64,000 nucleotides of DNA, taken from positions 32,001 to 96,000 of the IMG/VR virus record IMGVR_UViG_3300005096_000137. One strand, written 5' to 3'. Under the pieces are notes generated by a model. The model searched no databases. It worked only from the letters and a program-made list of their open reading frames with translations, and was not told the DNA's origin. This document shows positions 10,626 through 21,331 of the stretch, piece by piece; position 1 is the stretch's first letter; every line of letters begins with the position of its first letter. The DNA comes from a virus. Both the position numbers and the translations under genes were made by a program.

Positions 10626-11374
10626 CATCTGAACCAATGACAGACATGGAACGGTTCACGAAGTACCAGGAGCTGGTCAATGAATTTGGCTTTGAGTCAA
10701 ATCAGGCTAAGGAGTTCAAGCACCAACACCCCGGGGGTAGCTTCCAGGAATTGGTGGTATACTTTGATACTGCCTATGGGGTCAACCTGACGCTATTGTC
10801 CGAGTATAAAGATTGGGTGACTAGGTTTGGAATGTTCTCGGATGGTGCCAAGGGGTTCAGAGCCTGCCATATTAGCAACCGCGCACTGGGTGACATGATG
10901 GCTTGCTTCGATGACAAGAATAGGGCTGATCTTTGGAAGTCTCAATACCAGTCCCTCGAACATCAGCAGAAGGGCGACCTTGTTACCTACACCCAGATGA
11001 TCCAACAACATGGTGTTGATTCAACGGCGGCATACGGGATCCGGTTCCTCTACCCAGATGATCACGAATTCCACAACCTCTGTCAGCAACTAGATGACCA
11101 GCACAACAAGTCCCGGGAATTGGTTAAAGCGGTGTGCGAGGACCCGTTCGCGGGCGACGAACCTTCTGAGGATACCGAACCTTCTGAGGATACCGAACCT
11201 TCTGAGGATGACCAGCCCCTAATCCTGGAGTACGCCAACCTCCTCTATGAACATGGGTTTCAGTCCTATTATGCTGAGGCGTTCTACAAGGAACATGCGG
11301 ACGACACTCTGTCCGGCCACGTATTTGAACACCAGGCTGCGGCGATTGAATTCTACGCGGGGTTTCGACGATGA
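10622..11374 (+). CDS. repeat protein (4 copies of same repeat)
   Basis: paralogous repeats; internal 18-nt tandem repeat encoding EPSEDT. Confidence 0.7.
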   Translation: MTSEPMTDMERFTKYQELVNEFGFESNQAKEFKHQHPGGSFQELVVYFDTAYGVNLTLLSEYKDWVTRFGMFSDGAKGFRACHISNRALGDMMACFDDKNRADLWKSQYQSLEHQQKGDLVTYTQMIQQHGVDSTAAYGIRFLYPDDHEFHNLCQQLDDQHNKSRELVKAVCEDPFAGDEPSEDTEPSEDTEPSEDDQPLILEYANLLYEHGFQSYYAEAFYKEHADDTLSGHVFEHQAAAIEFYAGFRR

Positions 11375-12030
11375 GTAAGGTCATGCTATTTTCACTGTTA
11401 TTCCGGAAACTACCCTCAGCCCCCACGTCAGCCCGGGCACTCTTGGCTGCTTCCATGTTGGATATCCCACCCACTGACTTACTGTTTGAGAAATACTGTG
11501 ATTTATTGATTCGTAAGCGTGGGCACACCCCTAACGCTGCCCAGTCCTTCAAAGAGCAGCACTCGGATAACGCTGACTTCATGCAACGGGTAACCCAGTC
11601 TGAACTAAACGAACTCCAACGTATCAAGCGGGTAAAAGATGACTATGTGAAGACTCAGCAAGCCGCTCGTCAAGCAGAACAGTTGGCGGCATACTCCCTC
11701 GCTCTGAAGAGGGGTGTGGGTTCCAAAGAAGCGGCTTGGTTCCGGGATTCCCATCGGGACGACCTTGACTTTCAGAAAGAGTGTGCTAGACTTGAGCATT
11801 GGGATGTCGAAAGAGTGCATGCCCTCCAGGTGGAGGCCCAGGTTATCGAGGACGCACAGAACCGACCCTTAATACTGGTGTATGCCACCCTCCTATACGA
11901 GCATGGCGCCCAGTCACAGAAAGTCCAGTACTTTCGCAACCAACACAAAGACAACGAAGCTTTCATGTTCCAGGCAGGAATACTTGAGGGGTTCAACGAC
12001 AACCCTGAAACAACACGGATAGGCGTCTGA
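11371..12030 (+). CDS. repeat protein (3 copies of same repeat)
   Basis: PLILVYATLLYEHG matches the C-terminal repeat of the two preceding ORFs. Confidence 0.7.
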   Translation: MSKVMLFSLLFRKLPSAPTSARALLAASMLDIPPTDLLFEKYCDLLIRKRGHTPNAAQSFKEQHSDNADFMQRVTQSELNELQRIKRVKDDYVKTQQAARQAEQLAAYSLALKRGVGSKEAAWFRDSHRDDLDFQKECARLEHWDVERVHALQVEAQVIEDAQNRPLILVYATLLYEHGAQSQKVQYFRNQHKDNEAFMFQAGILEGFNDNPETTRIGV

Positions 12031-12638
12031 TGAACTGGAAAGCTGTAACCAGGTATGAAGGAATCTATGAGGTGAGTGAATGTGGTTGCGTTCGCTCGTT
12101 GGACCGGCAAATCTTCCCAAAGGCAGGCCCAACTTACTGGCTCAAAGGTGTGGTGCATAAACAATGTAAGAATCGGCGTGGTTATTTCAAGCTGAGTCTA
12201 TTCAAGAACAACAAAGAGAAGACCTTCGAGACCCACCGGTTGGTGATGATGGCGTTTGTTGGACCATGTCCTGAGGGTATGGAGATCCGACACCTGGACG
12301 GGACTCGGGACAACAACCATGTGGATAACCTGACATATGGGACATTGAGCGAGAACCAGCAGGACCGGAAGACACACGGCACAGCTTGCCTCGGAGAGAA
12401 CAGCCCAGTGAGTAAACTCACGGATGTACAATGCCATGAGATAGTTGACCAGTATGCCACTGGCAAGTATACTATGAGGGAAGTGGGCACCCAGTTTGGT
12501 GTGACTGCCGGTAACGTGTGTCGGGTTGTTAATGGACAGCGGGGTCTCGTTGATGGTACTCGTGTACCTGAGAAGAGAATTGCATTCAGACGGAGTGGGC
12601 AGAAAGGTGCCAACAATGGCCAAGTTAAATCGAGCTGA
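12030..12638 (+). CDS. NUMOD4-HNH homing endonuclease
   Basis: WKAVTRYEGIYEVS..G.VRSLDR (NUMOD4); HRLV...HLDGTRDNNHVDNL (HNH). Confidence 0.9.
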   Translation: MNWKAVTRYEGIYEVSECGCVRSLDRQIFPKAGPTYWLKGVVHKQCKNRRGYFKLSLFKNNKEKTFETHRLVMMAFVGPCPEGMEIRHLDGTRDNNHVDNLTYGTLSENQQDRKTHGTACLGENSPVSKLTDVQCHEIVDQYATGKYTMREVGTQFGVTAGNVCRVVNGQRGLVDGTRVPEKRIAFRRSGQKGANNGQVKSS

Positions 12639-12990
12639 TGTCAAGTTTGACACCATGCGGGGATCCGGACCCGGTGGACAGCACAGAAATCGTACTGATT
12701 CGTGTGTACGTGCCACCCATAAGCCTACTGGTATCTCAGTCACAATTGACGGGAGAAGTCAGGGAAAGAACAAGGCACTTGCCCTCAAGGAGCTTCAGAA
12801 GCGTCTCGACGAACGGGAAAACGACGCCAAAGAGCAAGCCAAGAAAGCAACCAGAGACAAGCGTATCAAGGAAGAAAGAGTTATCAAGACCTACAGTTTT
12901 GTACGCGGAGTTGTGACGGATCATCGAACCGGCAAGGTCGCCTCCCTGAAAGATGTCCTTACTAAGGGTAAGATTGAGAAGCTACGATGA
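12616..12990 (+). CDS. stand-alone class I release factor GGQ-domain protein (peptidyl-tRNA hydrolase / ribosome rescue-like)
   Basis: RGSGPGGQHRNRTDSCVRATHKPTG, RSQ.KNK, IKTYSF...VTDHRTG. Confidence 0.85.
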   Translation: MAKLNRADVKFDTMRGSGPGGQHRNRTDSCVRATHKPTGISVTIDGRSQGKNKALALKELQKRLDERENDAKEQAKKATRDKRIKEERVIKTYSFVRGVVTDHRTGKVASLKDVLTKGKIEKLR

Positions 12991-13035
12991 GTGCAGTTGA
13001 TATTCGTTATCTCGACCCAATAAGGAACACCTCCA

Positions 13036-16000
13036 TTGAGTGATAACCCTTCCGACCTGCTGTGGATTCGGACAGACGAGTTCAGTCCTCACTTGACAGT
13101 GGAGCAACTCCGGCGTACACTTGAGGGCTTAGACCCTAAAACACCTATCCTCATTGGAGTGCTTGGTGCCTTTGGGTTTATCGAAGACATAAGTATAGCT
13201 ACTCCCGCCCTAGGGGGTACCTACCCATCTGAGCCAACCCTTGTAATCTCTATGGACCAGCTATGACCGAACCACCCTACGACTTATGGCAACAATGTCA
13301 CAGTCAGACACCCCGCTTGACTGTCGGAGTCCTTCAAGCTATACTAGAAGGTAAGGACCCAGAGATGCCCATTCGCGTAGGTCCAGAGGGTACCGAGGGA
13401 GACGTTGAGAACGTCTGCATTGATACTCCTGACCCTTTGTGGCCATATACCCGCGAACCCACAATCATGATTTCATGTCCCAGAACTTACCCGGATAGCT
13501 ACTAAAATGAATACTGCTCAGAGAAACGAAACAGGTAACCTCATGTCACCCCTGGAAAATGTACCCATCTTCACAGATGCTGTGTGGCTGGGGTCCTCCT
13601 GTCTCCACGACAACCTGTACGAGGTCTTCCGAGTTACCACCACTCAAGAGGATCGACTCCGACTCAATGCCGGAGAACTCGTGGTTCTCAATCAGCGCCA
13701 GTACGTCCTCCAAGGGTCATTGTTATCGCCAGAGTCCTACAAGACTGATGACCTACTCTTTGTTCAAAACCTCGGAGTCCCATCCTAATGAATCAATCTT
13801 GGTGCGACCCCACCTCAACCCCATCTAAATTCACAGAGGCAGAATTCCTGTGCGAGATTGTGCTGGAGAGCAAGGTGTATTTGGTGTTCCAAGTCCTCTC
13901 AGGTCACGGCAGAATTCAAGGACTCCACCGCGAGACCGTCATCATTATCAATGATCGGAAGTACACCTTCAAGGACTCCCTTGACCTAGGTCCGACTAAG
14001 CCTGGGTCTTCCGACCATGAATACCAATTGTTTGTCCAGCCTGCTTAGGCCACATAATGAAAGTCCACGAACTCCGTGCCCTACTCAACGACTGGGCTGA
14101 TGATGCTCTCATCGAAATTGTCGACGAATGCGGACAAATCCATTCAATCGCTGATGTGTACGAAGGGTATACACCTCAGGGTGTTACCCGGTACTTAATC
14201 GATATGGATCCACAATGACTGACTACACCCCTGTACAATACGAACTGGTCTGGGACAACCCCAACTATGAACCTGTGTCTGTGGACACCTTGCAGGCTGC
14301 CCTGAGCACATGTGACCCCAGTTCTCTGGTTGGCTTTGACGCAGGGGGTAACTACGCCTCAATCATCCAGAACATCTACACCATAAAAGATGTGGTGGTT
14401 ATCGAGCCACTACTCCTGTACACCGACCAGTGTGCCTGGGCCAAGGAATGCTCTCGCCTTTGGACCAACGAGGTTCGGAAGGTTCTGACTGTTGACGAGC
14501 TTCAAGGGTTGCTGAGCCTGTATCCCTACAACAATCAAGTGTCCACAAACCCCAACGATAGCAATGGTCGCCCAATGGGGATTTACCAGCGTCCAGGTTT
14601 CACTTTCATTAAGGTGGTTCGATGACAGTCATTTGGCACGAGGACGAGGATACTGAGATTTGGGGTGGTCTCACGGTGGGCGAACTCCAAGGGCTCCTAC
14701 ATGGTCGCCCCTCCAATACCATTGTCCGTATTGGGTTTGAGGGTACTAAATACCCTGTCACCCTGGTTGATGAAGAGTCAGCAGGGTCTATCACATTGGA
14801 AAGGTTCGACGCTTGAACATCCGCGAATTGCGAAAAGTCCTAGACACATTCGACGATTTGGACGCCATCCAGGTTTATGACCGCAATGGCTGTTTGGTTG
14901 ATATTACGGAGCACTACCAAGATCGGGAGCCAGATGGTTCCAGGACTTGTGTGCTCATACCAGGCGGTAACTAACGACACCCCTCTGGGCGGCGATAACA
15001 CCAGGAACCCAACTTACGGTGGGTGGGCTCAGGGGAAATCCTTGAGTATGCTAAGGACGACGAGGTTGTGGAGATTCTCTATGAGACCCACGCACGTCGC
15101 GATGTGCTCAATGTTACACGAGAACCCAAGACAGGAAAGCTTGTTTTGGAGGCACATGACTGATGAGTGCCTCTGAAAACACCAACCGTTTCTGGGTCAA
15201 GATTATAGTAATAAGTGCCACCAGGTGGGCAATGGACGTAACGTCTCAACAACCAACCAGTGGGCTCGCCGTAAGGTCAACCGAAAACGCCGCAAACATC
15301 TAGCCGATGATTTGGAAGCACAACTCAGGGAGGAAGAGAATGAAGAACGTGGAACACACCGGTCAATTCACCGTGCATGGACAGAACAGTGTGAAGTGCA
15401 TCGGCCTGGGGAACAACCGGAAATCCTCAGTCATCAACGCAAAGGTAAGGCAGGACTCGAACACAAAGAGACGGCAGTATCTCAAGAAAGACCTGGAGAA
15501 GCAAATTGACGATACGCCGGTAGAAACGCCGGTAGAAACCAGGTGATGAAGAGGGGCAGCTAGATGAACATTGGTGAATTGAAACAGATGATTGATGGGC
15601 TCCCCAATGACATGCCCTTGATTGTCGTGAATGATAACTATGCGTTCGGTTGTATCGAAGATGTTGGTGTGGACCTCCCCAATTGGGGGAAATGTTGTGG
15701 CAATTGACGTTTTGCATTTGGACGATATTTACCTGGAGACCCCACTTGATGATACGACTCTACTATGACACTTCGGCTCAGCGAACCATTGCGGTGAAAG
15801 GTTCTCACCGACTCAAGATTCGCGATACCTCGCCAAGGTGTTACCCCGTGGTTGCTGAATACTTAAAGTGTCTGAGTGCCCACCTCGATAAAGTTGTGGT
15901 TTCCCCACTGGATCACTTTGCCCCTCAAGGTTTGAATCTCCCGGCACATGGGCAATGTGACCCCTGGGATGCTGTTGGTCGGGTGGGATATACACTTGAG

Positions 16001-16519
16001 CGACTACAGCGATTGCAACGGGACCCCAAGATGTGTCTGAGTTGGTGGGAAGGAGATTCCGATGCCTGCAAATCTTACTTCCACCTACTACAGGGTAGCC
16101 TCCTAAGATTTGACCCCGAGGAGAAACATCGGGCCCAGTGCATCGGTGGTCCCTATGCAGGAGATGTTCACGGAATACGGATTGCCGATCATCGACATGT
16201 ACTTGACTGCAATCACGACATCCCGGCGTGTGTTTATGAGGGTCGTTCGGTTGACGGCAACACCCCCGAGAAGATTTACTTCGTCCGTGAAATAAACTCA
16301 CGCTGACGCCTATTTTGAGAATTCCACTTGACCAATCACGTTTTGGAGGTATACTTAATGCAGAAGACACTTGGAGACTTGAAGCGGGACTTGGCAAAGA
16401 TATCGGAGAAGTTCTCGGATAATGCCCTGGTGGAACTACTGTGTCCCGAGGATAAGTCAGTGGGTCACTTGACCGACGTATTTGAACAATTCGGAATCAT
16501 CTTCCTGGAATCAAAATGA
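13036..16519 (+). CDS. array of small hypothetical ORFs, many sharing an N-terminal (L/M)xVxELxxxL motif (13036, 13263, 14057-14218, 14215, 14622, 15564, about 16358)
   Basis: ORF track plus manual translation; tightly packed with overlapping start/stop codons. Confidence 0.55.
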
Positions 16520-16992
16520 GTGACACCCCGTACATCAGTGGATTCGAGTTTAACAACACACCAGAGCAAGCCCGCGAATTGGTAGCTCAAGCACTGGAGT
16601 CTGGGGACTATGTGCAGGGTTATGGGTACCTCGAACTTCAAGTAGACGGGGGTTGCACAAACTGTTGCCTCGGGGTGGCATGTCGGGAATTTATCAAACA
16701 CGAGAACGATGTCCACGCTATACCGGCTGAGTTGTTTCATGATGGGACAACATCCTTTGATGGGGAACGGAGTAAACTCCCGTACTATATCCAGGGGTGG
16801 TTGGGCTTTAATGATTCGAGTGGCTCCTATGACGGGGGCTGCCTAACAGAAGACAACGACGGGGATCTAACCCCCAATCCCGTTAAACGTAGTGAGGACC
16901 ATGCACGTGAAGCTTGGCTGTATTCTGGTGATAAGACGTTTACTGGAATCGCCAACCTATTCCGTAACCCACCAAAGGGACTGCTGGAATGA
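16516..16992 (+). CDS. hypothetical protein, paralog A
   Basis: NTPEQARELVAQALESGxYxQGYG...CTNCCLGVACR. Confidence 0.7.
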   Translation: MSDTPYISGFEFNNTPEQARELVAQALESGDYVQGYGYLELQVDGGCTNCCLGVACREFIKHENDVHAIPAELFHDGTTSFDGERSKLPYYIQGWLGFNDSSGSYDGGCLTEDNDGDLTPNPVKRSEDHAREAWLYSGDKTFTGIANLFRNPPKGLLE

Positions 16993-17426
16993 TCAACACA
17001 CCAGAGCAAGCCCGAGAATTGGTTGCCCAAGCCCTGGAGTCGGGTGAGTACACTCAGGGTTATGGTCAGTTGGAACGAAACACACCTGAAGGTTGTACGA
17101 ACTGCTGCCTTGGTGTAGCATGTCGGCAATTTGAAAAGCACGAAGGTACTGTCTACGCATACAGGGAAGAGGACGACGCCAATACATGTTTTGAGAAGGA
17201 AGTAACCAAGCTCCCATATCGCGTGCAGCAATGGTTGGGTTTTTCAAACGCTAGCGGTGGTTATGACACAGGTTACCTAACTGAAGACAATGATGGCGAT
17301 GTCGTCAGGAACCCGGACAAGGGTCTCAAGTTGGACGAGAATAACCAACTTGTGTATGCCGGCGGTAAGTCATTCACTGAAATTGCCGAACTCTTCCGTA
17401 ACCCTCCCGAAGGATTACTCGAATGA
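16989..17426 (+). CDS. hypothetical protein, paralog B (tandem duplicate of 16516)
   Basis: near-identical N- and C-termini (LFRNPPxGLLE). Confidence 0.7.
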   Translation: MINTPEQARELVAQALESGEYTQGYGQLERNTPEGCTNCCLGVACRQFEKHEGTVYAYREEDDANTCFEKEVTKLPYRVQQWLGFSNASGGYDTGYLTEDNDGDVVRNPDKGLKLDENNQLVYAGGKSFTEIAELFRNPPEGLLE

Positions 17427-18307
17427 GACGACCCAGAGTATGTGATATAACGATCCAGGTCCTAAAGGACACAGGGAACGAAGCGGTCATGTACGGCGAC
17501 GAAGGTCTCATGCACTTGATTGCCATGGAACTCCACTGGAAGATTCCCAGTGATATCCCAGGCTGGGACAAACTGTATCAGCGTCTCCTGAACGCCCTCA
17601 CAAAGACACCAGGTGATTTGATACACAAGTTCACACAAAATGGGCGTGGACGGTTGGTGCGGATATTCCGTTTACCGGAGGAAGACAGTGCTTGAATTCA
17701 AAGGCAAAGCGTATCGACCCGAGTGTCCCTTCCACATGTGTGGCGAGGATACTTCACTGTTCAAGGTTCAGATTACAGCGGAACCACCCTGGGTGTTGGT
17801 GAGTGGCGACCCCGTCATGGTCAATGATTACCAATACACCATCATCGATTGGCTACCCATCGACCGGTCAAAGAACGAATACTATCTCTTCGTGAGCGGT
17901 GAGAGTTTTCTGCAATTCGCTCAGAAGTATGTGGACGGGTATCTGAATGCTGAGCTACCCTGTCTGAATACAGTCATGGACTGGATGACAGATGCACCAG
18001 TTGATTATTACACCTACGAGTGTGAAGTGGATGACAGGGTTGCAAACTGGGAGGTACTAATGGAGGACACTCTCCGCTTTTCACTCAGGGAGCTGATGCA
18101 GGATTTGATTGCGTATCATCGCCAGATTGTGTTCGCCTGCACAAATCCTCGCAGCGATGGGGCATACCGACTCCGGCTGACCTGTGACTTACCAATTGCG
18201 TACAGTGTTCGTCCCACCGACGAACCGCATGTGTACGACCACATTATTGAAGTTGCCATCGTGGCAGACCCAGGTAAGAAATGCTCACGACCAGACTGGA
18301 TCGCGGA

Positions 18308-19969
18308 ATGAACGTCTTTGATTTACGAGACATAGTACAGGCAGCCATTGACAGCGGTCAAGGGCTCGCCGAGGTTACCATGTGGGTCAACGGTAGAGAC
18401 AGCCCTATCATGAGTACTGACCTAACTGAGGGTGAGTTGAGTCTCGAAGAATAATGATTGGAGCGCAGAATGAACGTCTTTGCTTTACGAGACCGGTTAC
18501 AGGCAGCCATTGACAGCGGTCATGGAGACTGTGAGGTTATAATGTCTGTTCCAGGTGATGAAATACCGGCTAGGGACACTGAAATCATAGATGGTGAATT
18601 CGTCATCGAAGACTGAGGTTAGGAATACATGACGTTAAACGAATTGCTGACTGTGGTGGGAGATGCTGTTGCCGTCCTGGATGAAACCACCAGCTCAAAG
18701 ACCTGGAGGGCCCGTACATAACGGACGTCACCCAGGGTGCCAGCGAATGTATTATCTTTGTTGACGACGTTTATTAGGAGTGAACCATGATTGTAGACGA
18801 ATTGATTGCTCATCTTGAGCGACTGTCGGACGATGGTTTCGGACGCCATGAAGCTCAGGTCGAGGGACATGTCGGCGAACTCAGTGACATTGAGAGCGTC
18901 GAAGTTTGCGATGATGAAGTATTCATTATCACTGACCACTTGTAAGGAGAGACGAATGACACAGAAGATTGTACTGGGCCAACTGATTGAGAAGTTACAG
19001 AAACTCGCTGAGGATGGTCACCAGTACACACCAGTCCACGTGCAGGATGGTTCGTCCGGTATAAAAGTCATCACCGGTATTGCTGTTGCTGATGACTACG
19101 AAAACGTGGAAATCCTTACTGAGTATCCGGAGGATTGAGAATGAGACTTGGACAATTACTTGCTCAGGTGAAGGAAGCAGTTGACGCCGGGCACGGGCAC
19201 ATGGACGTCATACTCTGGTGCAACGGAGCTACGATACCTGCTGATCGCACTGACATTTGTGACGGTGAATTCATCATCGACGTATATCCAAAGGTGACGA
19301 CATGCCCCGACAAATGATACTCGGCGAACTGGTCGAGAAGTTACAGGCACTCGTGGCTGCGGGTCACGGGTACACACCCGTTCAGGCTGTGAGTCGGCTG
19401 ACGGAGATGGTAGTTGTGGATGTTGCAGCCGACGATGAGGACGAATACGTGAATCTCTATGTTGAACCTCAAGGAGTAGGCAAATGAAAGTTAGTGAACT
19501 GATCCAACTGTTGATGAAGTATCCAGCGAGTGATGACGTGGAGTTTCTGGTCCCGGGGGACGACCCCTGGCCTATCGAAACGGTCACAGCAGATAGTCCC
19601 GGGGTGACATACATCATTGCCGATGATTAAGGAGTAAACCATGATTGTTTCTGAATTGATTGAGAAGTTGCAGATAGTAGCCAGTCATGGTTATGCTGAC
19701 TCTGATGTGCGGGACCTTGTGACGGACAACTTGATGTTGGAGGTTGTGGTGGTGGCTGGCAGTTTGTATCTTATCGCGGGGGTACCTGAGGTGAACGAGG
19801 AGAGTAAACCATGATTGTTTCTGAATTGATTGAGAAGTTGCAGGAGGCTGACGCGAATAACGAGGTTGACATTGAATTACCAGGTGGTGTGGAACTTGAT
19901 GTTTCAGGAATTCACTTCTACCTCTACCGTGTAGCCATCCAAACCACAACGAAGCATAAGACATACTGA
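18308..19969 (+). CDS. tandem array of about 10 paralogous microproteins (18308-18454, 18470-18616, 18629 frameshifted?, 18787-18945, 18956-19138, 19141-19317, 19314-19487, 19484-19630, 19641-19814, 19811-19969)
   Basis: manual translation gives MxxxELIEKLQxxxxxGxG-type N-termini; several have GGAG-type RBS or ATGA coupling. Confidence 0.75.
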
Positions 19970-19975
19970 ACAAAT

Positions 19976-20046
19976 GGGCTGTTAGTATAACGGGATTACC
20001 CCGGTTTTGCATACCGGAAATCAGGGTTCGATTCCCTGATGGTCCA
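19976..20046 (+). tRNA. tRNA-Ala (TGC)
   Basis: ccggt-ttTGCat-accgg; G3:U70 pair. Confidence 0.85.
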
Positions 20047-20227
20047 CTTTTAAGCGCGAAGACTGGTTCGACTCCAGTACGCTCGTCGAGGTTCGGTAGG
20101 GAAGTCAGGTTCGATTCCTGATGATTGAGGTCTGGGTGTAGGACACAGCTCCCAGGCTAAGGGTGGTCTCCAGGACGCGCTTAATCCCCGTAAGGGATGT
20201 GTCATTTTACAACTGAAAGGGTGCGGT

Positions 20228-20617
20228 ATGAACCACGACGACATGAATTTCCAAGGGTTTATTGCCGAGAGACTGACTGGGTTCCTGAGTAATCTACCGG
20301 TACCTATTCATCCAGATGCAGAATTACTGAGTGTGGGGAAGAACATCCCAGTTGATCCACGACTCGGCAAGAAGCACTTGCTCACTTACTACATCGCCCC
20401 AATGATTGAAGACCTAGTGGCACCAATTCGTGAGAAGAACGTTCCGGTTAAATTCGTGGATTTGCCGCCCCTTGAAGACGGGAGAACTGAAGTTCCGCTT
20501 GACACCTCACTGCCAATTCGGTACTGTGTAAAGTATGTTCCAGGGGAGCCCTTTGACACAGTGATTCATGTGCTTGAACTCAACGTAGTGTACCTGTACG
20601 CTAGGTGTGGAAGGTAG
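20228..20617 (+). CDS. hypothetical protein
   Basis: 129-aa ORF. Confidence 0.55.
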   Translation: MNHDDMNFQGFIAERLTGFLSNLPVPIHPDAELLSVGKNIPVDPRLGKKHLLTYYIAPMIEDLVAPIREKNVPVKFVDLPPLEDGRTEVPLDTSLPIRYCVKYVPGEPFDTVIHVLELNVVYLYARCGR

Positions 20618-20621
20618 TCAT

Positions 20622-20708
20622 GGAAGGTAGGCAGATATTGGTTTGCTGCCCCTGTTTTGAAAACAGTACGTCGTAAAGGCGGTGCGAGTTCGATTCCCGC
20701 ACCTTCCG
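20622..20708 (+). tRNA. tRNA-Ser (TGA)
   Basis: acceptor ggaaggt/accttcc, G73, long variable arm, loop ttTGAaa. Confidence 0.8.
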
Positions 20709-20777
20709 CTGTCGCTTACCAGTGGTAAGGGACTTACAAAGGCTTTCGCTGAGCCAGCCTGGTCAAATCAGCGATAC

Positions 20778-20860
20778 GAGAGGGAGGTAGATGTTGGCTT
20801 TGCTACACCTGTCCGTTAGACAGGGGCTTCGGTCTGTGGGTTCGATTCCCACCCCTTTCG
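20778..20860 (+). tRNA. Ser-type tRNA body with atypical loop ccGTTag
   Basis: acceptor gagaggg/ccctttc, G73, variable arm, flanked by two Ser tRNAs. Confidence 0.55.
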
Positions 20861-20865
20861 CTTTG

Positions 20866-20953
20866 GGAAGATAGTCAGATATTGGTTGGCTGTACCTGCT
20901 TGGAAAGCAGGCGGCGTTAATTCGCCGTGTGGGTTCGATTCCTGCATCTTCCG
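20866..20953 (+). tRNA. tRNA-Ser (GGA)
   Basis: cctgc-ttGGAaa-gcagg, long variable arm, G73. Confidence 0.88.
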
Positions 20954-21018
20954 CTCGGGCAGGTATCTTGGTGAGGGGAGATGATCACCCTGGGGGTTCG
21001 ATACCCTCTACTTGTTCA

Positions 21019-21230
21019 GTGAGTGGGTTATGGACGTGACAGGCCTGACCGCCTGGGAGGTAAGATTCCTCGCCCACTTGCATGGAGGACCCTACGAGGT
21101 GGGGACGTACATGGGTAAAAGTCCATTATGGAAGAACTACCCGCGTGCGTCGAGGTTCGTAACCTTACTCCTCCGCTTTAGTTTATCAACTGAACCGGCA
21201 CCGGATGGTGTTCCTTCGTGACTCACCCAC
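21019..21230 (+). ncRNA. candidate structured ncRNA (about 210 nt, rod-like)
   Basis: 16-bp terminal helix with 1 mismatch; nested ggagga/tcctcc and gacgtacatgggta/tacccgcgtgcgtc helices. Confidence 0.5.
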
Positions 21231-21331
21231 GATAGGTTGGTAAGCGTTAATGGGCGGTCCCCGCGACAAGTCTATACGACAAACCGTCTGGGGTACGACT
21301 CCCCGCCCTTTGATACAAATGAGGTGGATGA

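Noticed and set aside
15564-15770. Programmed frameshift at a G5 run in a microprotein gene (similar break at 18629-18778)
   Set aside because: Cannot be distinguished from sequencing error or pseudogenisation without reads
20050-20125. Two isolated T-arm-like hairpins as tmRNA or tRNA
   Set aside because: No acceptor/D-arm partner or tag reading frame could be identified; probably remnants
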